From assembly GCA_963693365.1 (NCBI GenBank), contig CAVNZM010000009.1, forward strand, positions 10,358,243-10,422,242: a stretch of 64,000 nt of DNA, in the 5' to 3' direction. This document shows positions 1 to 64,000 of this stretch, piece by piece (position 1 is the first letter of the stretch; each line of letters opens with the position of its first letter). The stretch comes from Amoebidium appalachense. Lineage: Eukaryota > Protista > Ichthyosporea. Made by a program: the position numbers and the translations under genes. The notes under the pieces were generated by a model, which worked only from the letters and a program-made list of their open reading frames with translations, was not told the DNA's origin and made no database searches.

Positions 1-67
1 ACACACACACACACACAAACACACAAACACACACCAAAACACAAACACACATGCAAATACACGCGCG

Positions 68-13172
<13,105 letters not shown>

Positions 13173-13554
13173 ACCGAAAAATTAACATGAAAGATTGTGA
13201 AAGTGGTTTGTTTTATGTTGGCTTGAACTTTTTGGGGATGTTTAGGTATGGGGCTGTATCGGATGCTTTATTTTATGTGGAATGTATGTATACTTTGGGT
13301 GGCTAGGTGGTATCGATTGTAAGTTGTTGGTTTTCTTGGGCTTGATTTTTCTTTTGTTGTAAAATTCCGTATTTGTTCTTTCTTAAGTTGTTGATAGTAC
13401 CGAATGTCAATCGCACTAACATAGATAGAGTAGGCCACATGAGCACATACACGCACATAAACACAAAAACCCGTGCGTCTACACATACACGAACACATGC
13501 GCACACTTCACACAGGCACACTAGCACGCGGGCACATTCATACGCACATAAACA

Positions 13555-13643
<89 letters not shown>

Positions 13644-14231
13644 ACTTGGATACCACGAAACGAGCCAAGCACACGAATACTTCTCTCATAATACATTCAA
13701 GACCGTGTCCATATCGCAATTTTGGTACTACATGCACTGCGTGCAGATCGATCGATAAAGAAAACACGTGCAGAGCATGACGGGTGCATGTACTGGCGTG
13801 CACGATAATGTTCGAGAACAGACATGATCATATGCACGTGTATATACAAACGGGCTTGGGGCGAAAGCACATGCACACATGCGGATGCGCAAGCCACGAA
13901 CATGTGTAAACACATAGTGTTGCTGGTACGCCGACGAGATCTGCTTAATTTAGGCATGTCACGTGTAAAACTAGTAACTATATGTGGCACACACAAAACA
14001 TGTGTGCAATTACGCAAGCTACACAAGTTCACATTGCGACACACTAGAAACGCCTACTATACATTGCCCGCTGCGTCAGGGGGTATAATCCTCTCCCCCT
14101 CCCCCCCCCCCCTTCCCCCCCACCCACACACACACCCACGCTGGCTGTTTCCAACCCCACCCACCCCCATCTCGCCCCCATAACCCCCCCCCCCCCCACC
14201 TCCCCCCCCCCCCCCCCCCCCCCCCCCCCGG

Positions 14232-14325
<94 letters not shown>

Positions 14326-14583
14326 ACCAACACCACCACCACCACCACCACCATCACCGTGTCGATATTCCCACTTTCTAATAGTTTTATAACTAGAACT
14401 ATGGGCATGTGTGCCATCATCTTATAATTAGGACGGTGCACTTGCAGACGTATACGTGCAGCCCCCCTGCAGCTGTTACGTGACCCATGCCACCATGGAT
14501 ATATTTGTTAGTGCAGTTGTTTGCTGTTGTTATCGCCATAACTAAGTCTAGAAACCCTTAAAAAAAAAATTAAATCAGCATTT

Positions 14584-15103
14584 GTTACTGGAACAATGTC
14601 TAGATGTAACTATAATACTGCATTACTAGCCTGGCGCACAACTCTAAAGCTAAGACCTATTGCTATGAGCATCTCGAGCTCTGAGCTTGAGTAATTACTT
14701 CAAGTTCTGCACACGCACTGGCAGTCACTATATATTTTATGCATGGGCGACCGGGCAGAGCCATATACTGCAGTACTTTGATACTAACTTGGTATGATAT
14801 TCATCCCCGAGTATGCTCGCGTGTACCCCACACAAAAATACACCACAACCACGGCACCGTACCCACCCACACTTTCACACTGAGGAGGCACCCCCCCTCC
14901 CCCCTCCCCCCCTCCCCCCTCCCCCCCCCCCCTCCCCCCCCCCCCCCCCCCCCCCCCCCCCACACACACACACCGGGAGGGAGGCCGGTACGTGGGAGTG
15001 GGGCCCACTGCCCCACGCGCACAATCAAACAAGCACACAAACATACACATACAGTCACACACGTGGACAGCATACACACTGGTGCACCCGATCATACAAT
15101 TGC

Positions 15104-15138
<35 letters not shown>

Positions 15139-15661
15139 AGCGATCCCGGTTACTGGAACAATGTCTAGATGTAACTATAATACTGCATTACTAGCCTGGC
15201 GCACAACTCTAGAGCTAAGACCTATTGCTATGAGCATCTCGAGCTCTGAGCTTGAGTAATTACTTCAAGTTCTGCACACGCACTGGCAGTCACTATATAT
15301 TTTATGCATGGGCGACCGGGCAGAGCCATATACTGCAGTACTTTGATACTAACTTGGTATGATATTCATCCCCGAATATGCTCGCGTGTACCCCACACAA
15401 AAATACACCACAACCACGGCACCGTACCCACCCACACTTTCACACTGAGGAGGCACCCCCCCCCCCCTCCCCCCCCCCCCACACACACACACACCGGGAG
15501 GGAGGCCGGTACGTGGGAGTGGGGCCCACTGCCCCACGCGCACAATCAAACAAGCACACAAACATACACATACAGTCACACACGTGGACAGCATACACAC
15601 TGGTGCACCCGATCATACAATTGCAACCCTCCCCCCCCCCCCCCCCCCCCAGCGATCCCGG
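14584..15661. repeat. Tandem direct duplication, two copies starting 565 bp apart
   Basis: Copies start GTTACTGGAACAATGTCTAGATG at 14584 and 15149 and end CAGCGATCCCGG. They differ in poly-C/(CA)n lengths and a few substitutions (CTAAAGC/CTAGAGC, CCGAGTATG/CCGAATATG). Confidence 0.95.
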
Positions 15662-15828
15662 GCCCCCTCGCCTCCCAATAGCTCCCCTTCCCCCCTCTCA
15701 TGCCTCTTTAACTGACCCTACACGCCCTTCCCCCCCCCCCCCCCCCCCCCCAAACACACACTGCCCAGTCCCCTCCTCTCTCCCTCCCCCTGCCTCCCCT
15801 CCCCCACCTCCCCCATCCCCCCCCCCCC

Positions 15829-15863
<35 letters not shown>

Positions 15864-16015
15864 ACCACCACCATCGCCCCCACCACACACATGAACGGTA
15901 CAAGCCTTTGGAGAATCTGATGCACTTCAGCGAGAAACACCAATGCTTGTGAAGGGTAGTACATCAGTGTTAACTAATGACACACACACGCACACACACA
16001 CACACACACACACAT

Positions 16016-16048
<33 letters not shown>

Positions 16049-16378
16049 GACTGTTACACCCACCTAGCAGCCGGGCACCTACCAATACACCACCACCAAG
16101 ACCTTACAAATAATTGGCCACCACCTAAACTGTGACATTTTGACTTAAGCCACTTGTTCACACACCAGTTTAAACGGTCATGTATCGCCAAATGTAGTTT
16201 GATAGACCACATAATACCGCAACACACACACGTCACATTCACAACAGACACCCAGAAAGACAGCCTACCTGTAAATTACAACATCCTTGATTTTATACTA
16301 AACACGTGTAACTACGACCTGTTTATTAGATGTATTGATTGGCTTGAGAAACACATCACTACAAAATTCTAGCGCACG

Positions 16379-16479
<101 letters not shown>

Positions 16480-16516
16480 CCAGCTGATACCGAGTGTCCC
16501 AGGGGAGCCCAGCCCT

Positions 16517-16739
16517 AAAAAAAAAAACAAAAAAAAACAAAAAAAAAACGGGGAACCCCAACTAATTGATTTTTCTTAGTCTTTATGGTGTCTCGTAGAG
16601 AAAGTAAACCCTGATATATAGTCATCACCCGACATCTATGTACGTGATCATGATATACCGCTGAGGGGATATTCCGAGCAAAACCCCCCCGTACCTGAGA
16701 CTGGTCTCTCTTTGCCTCGAGTAAACAGCGTAAACCCCC
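16517..16739. mobile_element. ~200 bp dispersed repeat, copy 1, preceded by an A-tract
   Basis: (A)n-CGGGGAACCCCAACTAATTGAT...CCTCGAGTAAACAGCGTAAACCCC, near-identical to 43578-43796. Confidence 0.8.
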
Positions 16740-17354
16740 TTGTTCAGTATTATTCACTTTAATAAGAAAACCACCGCCAGTGAAAATTTCATATCAGCAC
16801 CATGAAATATAAATTTATCATAAACGAACCGAAGAAAATCAAAAAAATATCATCATGCAAAGGAGTATCTAAACGAATAATATCATACCGTCCATTATAA
16901 ATATAAATCATTAATACCATCATACACATGTTCATCATACATACATATATAAATATCAGCAGGCACCCAGTGCCATATGTACCATGATACTGGATCAGAA
17001 ATATACACCATAATTTATGACACCAAAAAAGTGGTTGATTTTGTGTTCAGTTGTAACACTCAGACCTGGTGTATCATACGGTATTGTTGTGTTGACTACT
17101 TCATGATCCCCCAAATAGTTCAATATGCAGTAAGTTTATCGTATGAAAACAGCCAAATTTCAAAGGAGAAGTTCACTGACCTTTGCCCAATCATCCGCAC
17201 CAAATATCATCTTATGCGCCCCGTGTGTAGCCTAATTAGCACATATAAAAAAATTTTTTTTTAAAAGGAATACCCCGATCCATAAAGAATAGATGACAGG
17301 GAAAAAAAGAAGGGAAAAAATCCAAACTCGCCACACACCAATCATATCACTGCC

Positions 17355-19524
17355 CTACACGCCATATTTGGTGCGCTTGCTAGGCTGCGACCCACCCTTC
17401 CCCTTAACCGTGAACACAAGTTTCCCATCCGCCGCCCCCCACCACAATCTCCGAATGATCGGACACCACCCCCCTTAACAGCAATTTCGACATCTCCGTA
17501 ACCACGTGTTTTTCCAAGTACCTCCGCAGGGGCCGTGCGCCATAATTGGGATCATACGCCTCGTCAATAATGTGCCTTAAAGCCGACGTTTCAAGCAAAA
17601 CACTGATGTCGTTGTCTTTAAGGCGAGCGGCGACATTTTCCATCTGCAGACGAATGACCCCCTCGAGGTCCTTCTTGCTCAAAGGGTCAAACACCACCAT
17701 GTCATCGATTCGGTTCAGCAGTTCGGGCCGGAACGTGCGTCGGGCCGCCTCAATAACCTCCTCCTTGTTATGACCCACCAAAAGATACTCCGCGCCCACG
17801 TTTGACGTCATTATCACCACCGTGTTTGTGAAATCCACCGTACGACCCTGCCCATCTGTCAATCGCCCATCGTCGAGCAGTTGAAGTAGAACATTGAGCA
17901 CCTGGGGGTGTGCCTTTTCCACCTCATCAAACAAAATGACGTTATACGGGCGCCGACGAACCGCTTCAGTGAGTTGCCCTCCCTCCTCGTGCCCAACGTA
18001 CCCGGGGGGTGAACCGATGAGCCTGGCCACCGCATGTTGCTCCATGTACTCGCTCATGTCAATGCGCACCATGTGCTTGTCATCGTCAAAAAGCGACTGC
18101 GCCAATGCACACGCCAGCTCCGTCTTGCCCACACCCGTCGGCCCGAGGAAGAGGAACGACCCGACGGGCTGACCGGGTCGGGCCAACCCGGCCCGTGAGC
18201 GCAAAATGGCCTGGGCCACGGCGTCAACAGCGGCGTTCTGGCCCACCACCCGCTTGTGCAACTCATCGCTCAGACGAAGGAGTTTCTCACGCTCAGTCTG
18301 GGACAAACGAGACACAGGGATACCCGTCCAGTTGCTAACCACCTCGTAAATCTGCTCCGGCCCGACGTTTTCTGTCAACATGCGCTCATCCGTGTCCATC
18401 TTGTTCTGCCGCTCGTTCTCCTCTCTTTCCAACTGCTGTAGGCGTGCCTCGAGTTCGGGTATTGCGTAGTAGCGCAGGTCCGCAACGGTGGACAAATCAC
18501 GACCGCGCTCCGCCGATGCCAATTTGATGCGAAGTTGCTCGAGTTTCCCTTGCAGTTCTCTAATCTCGTCTACACGGCCCCTCTCCTGTTGGTACCGGAT
18601 CTTTAAGGGGGCCAGTTGCTCCTCGATGCGTTGGATGTTTGCCTGCACGTCTTTAAGCCGATGTTTGCTCGCGTCGTCCTTCTCCTGCCCCAGCGCCGTT
18701 TTCTCAATCTCCAACTGCAACTTCTGCCGTTCCAACTTGTCGATAATCTCCGGCTGGCTGTCCAGTTGCACACGAACGTTGGCGCAGGCCTCATCCACCA
18801 AATCAATACTCTTGTCGGGTTGGAATCTACCGGTGATGTAACGTGATGATAGCTGTGCAGCCGTAACCAAAGCAGCATCGGCTATACGTACACCGTGGTG
18901 ATGCTCGTATTTCTCCTTGAGACCACGCAAGATGGAGATGGTGTCAATGACAGAGGGCTCGCCCACGTACACCTGCTGGAAACGACGTTCGAACGCTGGA
19001 TCCTTCTCAACGTATTTCTTGTATTCGCTGAGTGTGGTAGCACCGATGCATCTCAGTTTGCCGCGTGCAAGAAGTGGTTTGAGCAGATTGGCCGCGTCCA
19101 TAGCCCCGTCCGTCTTTCCTGCCCCGAGCAACATGTGCATCTCATCTATAAATAGAATAATCCCCCCGTCCGCCTCCTCCACCTGCTTGAGTACCCCCTT
19201 AAGTCTCTCCTCAAACTCACCGCGGTACTTTGCGCCCGCAATGAGAGCCCCTAGATCCAATGAGTACACCTTGCACTTGAGCGTCTGGGGGACATCTCCG
19301 GCGACAATGCGCTGTGCCAAACCCTCGACGATTGATGTTTTACCCACACCGGGCTCACCGATGAGTACTGGGTTGTTTTTTGTGCGGCGGGCAAGCACAC
19401 GAATAACATGGCGGATTTCCTCATCTCTGCCTATCACTGGGTCTAACTTGCCCTCCTCGGCCCGCGCACAGAGGTCTTGTGCGTAAAGCTCGAGGGGTGA
19501 TGTACTGTTCTGGTCTGTTTCCAT
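17355..19524 (-). CDS. clpB: ClpB/Hsp104/Hsp101 AAA+ disaggregase, intronless, no N-terminal Clp_N domain; probable 1-nt homopolymer error near the C-terminus
   Basis: ATG at 19524 ([18 protein letters not shown]), then [14 protein letters not shown], Walker A1 GEPGVGKT, pore loop [12 protein letters not shown], Walker B1 LFIDEMH, coiled-coil M domain, Walker A2 [12 protein letters not shown] pore loop, LFDEVEKAH and YGARPLRR. As assembled it stops at 17404. Removing one base from the run at 17435-17440 gives ...[27 protein letters not shown] ending at 17355. Confidence 0.95.
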
Positions 19525-19649
19525 GTTGTGAAAAGAAAAAGAAACCAAAAACAACGGTTTTAAGTATTCAATAATGACATAATTAGAAGTGTGTGAAAGT
19601 TGAATGTGAACTCTCGCGGATGTGTGGGAGTGTCCATATATACCTGACA

Positions 19650-20140
19650 CCAGGATAATGACGTCACGATAGCAAATTAGAAATTATATTTTTAGCTAAA
19701 TAAGGCAGGTAAAATCCGGAATTAGGGTTGGAATGTTCCCGATTTGGGTAAGCGGCCCATGAGGGTGAGCCTCCGTAAATCAGTGCACATATGTACAAGG
19801 CTTTAGGTTTCGGCTGTTTCCAGAAAGTAATATATAAGAAAGCGAAGTAATAAAAGCCTTCTTAAAGTATTTTGTCATACCGACAGCTATTTACAAGTAA
19901 ATCGACAACACACAACTGAATCCGAGGGCCGCAACTCATCCTTGAAACAGGCTGACGATTCCCGACTTTCCGACCGTCATCAGGTTTTTTAAAATAATGG
20001 CGCGAAGCTCTGACCAATCACAGGCATCTAGGTGTTTGCGCAGCGCATTCCAAGCTGGGCAGCTTTTCCAGCAGAACTGACACAGTCAACGTTAGAAAAG
20101 TCATATGTTAGAAATCGAAGATGTTAGAAACGAGCTATCA
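19650..20140. promoter_or_regulatory. Divergent promoter between clpB and the coiled-coil/PHD gene, with heat-shock-element-like motifs
   Basis: TGACGTCA (CRE) at 19659-66; GAAtgTTCccGAt at 19731-43; TTCcaGAA at 19818-25; TATATAA at 19831-37; CCAAT near 20014; three GTTAGAAA at 20091, 20107 and 20123. The region is free of microsatellites. Confidence 0.6.
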
Positions 20141-20495
20141 AGTTTTGGTTTTTATGTGTAAAATACAGTGTTAGTTAGCTTCCAAAACGTCTACGGGCTG
20201 TGAGAAAAATAGACTTTGGCCCACCTTTTAAGCTACGCTGCAGCCATTTCACCGAGGCAAGAACATGTGACAAGGCTAAAAACCCCATCCCACCAAGGAC
20301 ACACACGACACACGAAGTGACTTTTGTTATTTAGCCAAAAATGTTTTGATATCACTTCCAAGTACGCTGTTGGCCATTTAATTTAGAAACTATAGAATCT
20401 CTTTGACGAAATATCTGCATGTTGAGCTTAAGACGTTAGCACTTCGAGAGAAAGCATATATATAGCAGTTGAGAGGTAGCAGGAGAAACCAAAAG

Positions 20496-35938
<15,443 letters not shown>

Positions 35939-36483
35939 TTTATATTTGGTAGGAAAATGGGCTATTTTTAATGTATCTACATCGTGGCCTGCACGTCATT
36001 TAATTTCCTCAATATTTTGCACCTTCATACCTCCCCTAAACTTCACATATCTTATCCACATTTAAACGTGTAAGCCTAAATGTTTAGCTCAGTGTTGGCC
36101 ACTAAATACCCACTTAACATACAACCATCTATGTTAATAATGTGTTTGTTTGTACCAACAAATTGCATGCAACAACATGCATGCTATATCGTGTTTTGAC
36201 TCATTAAACGAGTCCCACATTACGAACAAAAAAAAACATATGGGAATGCACGACTGTTATTTAAACACCCCCGAGAGGTGTTCATGTAAAACTGTACATA
36301 CACATCTAACACACCACACACAATCAAGTCAAAATGGTAAAGTGTCAAACCTGCAACCTATCAAAATTACCGCACCGATATCTACTAAATATCTCATTAT
36401 TAAAATACCATATGATGCAAACCCCTATGGATGTAACTACAATATGCAGATGTCAATATAAAGTGTCCCCACGGTGCGAATAC

Positions 36484-36715
36484 TGGAATATGGAAATGAA
36501 TATCTAGTGGCTATGCATAGACTCAGTGTATTACTTTGGCCAGAATATGGGGATAACCATCCATAGTAGGTCAGAATATGAAGGTGAATATCCAGTAGCC
36601 ATGTATATCGCCAGAGTTTGGTTGTATTCAGAATATGGCAATGAATACCTAATGCGTATGATTGTATTCAGGATACGGACATGAATATCACTTATGTCTC
36701 CTGTGTATGGTGTAT

Positions 36716-36734
<19 letters not shown>
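36484..36734. repeat. Degenerate tandem array of GAATATGG-type motifs overlapping the PLC stop codon and 3'UTR
   Basis: GAATATGG/GAATATGA/GGATACGG near 36486, 36543, 36574, 36631, 36671 and 36719, often followed by TGAATA. AGAATATGGGGATAACC occurs at both 36542 and 36718. Confidence 0.7.
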
Positions 36735-61900
<25,166 letters not shown>

Positions 61901-62339
61901 TTCATGCGTGTTGTATGTAAAAAAATGTGTATGGCTAATGTGAGTGTGGGTGTGAAACTGCCGAAACCAGGAAAATTCTTAGGATAAATTGTGTTTAAGC
62001 CAGTAAACCAGAACAAGCAACGGCTGTTCATAAATCTCAAGAAGTAGGTGGACACAGCTGCCCTCTAAAGAAAGTAGGTTTGGGTTAATCTACTCTTTTC
62101 TTCCACGTCTTTGAAATCTCTTACTGCCCGATTATAATTTCCCCGTCTTCCCTCTTGCACAACTACACAATGAAGAATCTCCATCAAGAATCTCCTAACA
62201 AACATAACTGCATGCCGCCTACAGATGTAATATAAACCAACTTTATGACCAGTTTTCGACATCCTGCCGCGGATTCCTGCGTCAGTTTTTTTAGTCACAG
62301 GTGGCTCAGAGCCCTCCAGACAGACTGCAAACTGATATG

Positions 62340-62745
62340 CAGCCAATCACCGCGCTTGAAAGGTTTGGCGAAAATAATGTACAGACAAACATATAAATCC
62401 ACATTGAAAACATCCCAAAGTGTTATGATGCTAGCGAAGTCCAAGATCTCAGCTCAGAGGAGTGCAATCGCAGTTAGTTGGAGCGCAACAATTGGCAATT
62501 TGGCCAAATCCCAACCAATCGCAAATGTAAAATTAAAGCATTGATGAGCCAGATCTGCACATCAGAATTTACCCAATCATCAAGCGGCAATGCTCCTCTA
62601 TTCTAGTCGAACAATGGCGCTTAGATTGGTTAGAACTATAGTTAGTCTAATTCAATTGGTGCAGTGCATCGACGAAAAGTTTGACGTCACATTCCATTCC
62701 AGAAATTAAGCGATATGATTGGTGCGGGGGCTCGACGAAAAGTCC
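62340..62745 (-). promoter_or_regulatory. Putative PLC promoter: CCAAT-box cluster plus CRE
   Basis: About seven CCAAT/ATTGG motifs (near 62343, 62491, 62515, 62573, 62625, 62655, 62718), TGACGTCA at 62682-89, and CGACGAAAAGT twice (62670, 62733), all upstream of the inferred ATG at 61900. Confidence 0.5.
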
Positions 62746-62821
62746 CTTGGCTCACGGCTAGTATAGACTAGTGCTACCATGAATTATTATATTTCATAAT
62801 ATAATATATATATGACTAGAA

Positions 62822-62854
<33 letters not shown>

Positions 62855-64000
62855 GAGATAGTGTGTATACATATATAGTATGATGATTAATATTCCATTC
62901 TCTGTCATGGGTGCATGCAGTTGCATGCCAGACGTCCGATTGATACGCATTGCGCGAAGCGCGCCGGGCCGTGAGGTACGGTCATCACTCAAAACTGTAT
63001 CCATGAATCTCTGTTTGTCATCTTACAGGAAAACGATTTTCTATGTAAAAAAAACTGGTTTTGGCTACATCCCTACAGTAGAAAAATAGAGTGCATGCAT
63101 ATGCAACGTGGGACCATCAAATGACCCTCATTCCAGCAACCAATTTGAGAAATCAGTCGACTTTTTGATAGGGTACATATCAGCGCTTTATTACACCAAA
63201 AGACAATAACCAACCAGGTGTTTGTTTATGTAGCCATATATGGCTAAGATTTAGATTGATTTGTAGCGCAAACCAACCCGTGACTCATGTGAGCTTGCCT
63301 CAAGGAAGCTAACAAAAAAACTTCAACTGTTTTTTTTTACATTCCAAAAAAAAAAATATATATATATATTATTTGTTCTTATTTTTTTCATTCAATCTTT
63401 TTCTCTGAATTATCAGCACTTGGTTGTAGATGATTTACATTGTCCTGTCGCAGTGAGATCGAATCCACAAGGCAGTGCATGGTCAGGCGTGTCTGTCTGC
63501 GTTACCATCCGACAAAAACGATCATCCCTACTCCATGAGTAAGTAAATGATGGATAATCGTCTATAACTTTGTATTCATTACTTTTTGAGCTTCACTTTT
63601 TATGAGGCCAACACATGGACATCACAATCTTTTCGCCCTACCGCGCTGGTTGTGAAGGACGAATACTGCGGCAGACTGCGACACCTCCAGGCTGCGTGGT
63701 TGCTGATTGGATATCGTAGAGTAGGGCAAATCTATATACCAATCACGTCTTTTTCCATACCTCTATCCAGAGGAGAGCAGAGGTATGCAAAGCCTGCAAC
63801 TATGCCCGTTTCAGTTTTCGTCTCTGAGTACAGACGTTGGTCTGTGCATGAGTTGTGCTTGAGACTAATTTTAGGTCACGGTGCTGTAGGCTGTGCTTTT
63901 CATACTTTTTTGTGATTTAACGGTTTGAAGACGTTATAACTAATTTTTGGTGCAGCAATAGCAGATTTTTCAGACCGTTTTTTCAATTCATAGCAACTCG

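Noticed and set aside
16600-16615. TAAACCCT in the 200 bp element as a telomerase RNA template
   Set aside because: It is only an 8 nt match, lies on the strand opposite to the one ending in a T-tract, and the element is multicopy.
16750-17270. AT-rich stretch with recurring ATCAT/ATACC words and a 95 aa ORF
   Set aside because: No clear period, termini or protein similarity. It is probably clpB downstream sequence or a decayed element.
17546-19486. Plus-strand ORFs overlapping clpB
   Set aside because: They are antisense shadow frames of a conserved coding sequence.
19525-19650. N-terminal extension MSGIYGHS... of the 748 aa ClpB ORF
   Set aside because: It starts at GTG, is T-rich UTR-like or intron-like sequence, and does not resemble Clp_N. 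The first ATG at 19524 is preferred.
62816-63915. Possible exons of a further gene at the window end
   Set aside because: Some splice-like signals are present, but I could not build a consistent model or recognise a domain.

Overview
Eukaryotic genomic DNA from an intron-rich, microsatellite-saturated genome. It is probably a unicellular eukaryote: Hsp104/ClpB, a delta-type PLC and TACTAAC/CTAAC branch points fit a non-animal opisthokont or other protist, but this is inference only. Almost all ORFs in the supplied track are translations of (CA)n/(GT)n and poly-C/poly-G tracts. Splicing GT-AG exons by hand gives four genes with consistent phases: (1) a 5'-truncated PPR protein, + strand, 15 exons, >=1232 aa; (2) an intronless ClpB/Hsp104 lacking the N-terminal domain, - strand; (3) a divergently transcribed ~697 aa protein with coiled coil, TQT array, NLS and PHD finger, + strand; (4) a 28-exon, ~1083 aa phosphoinositide phospholipase C with a Pro-rich tail and C4 zinc finger, - strand. 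Non-coding highlights: a repeat family with one fixed end against poly-C and variable truncation at the other end, whose ~11 copies are all intronic and all in the same orientation relative to the host gene; polarised introns with (GT)n/Gn at donors and (CA)n/Cn at acceptors; two piggyBac-like TTAA MITEs; a ~200 bp dispersed element next to interstitial TTTAGGG repeats; and several local tandem duplications. Coordinates were counted by eye and homopolymer lengths are unreliable.
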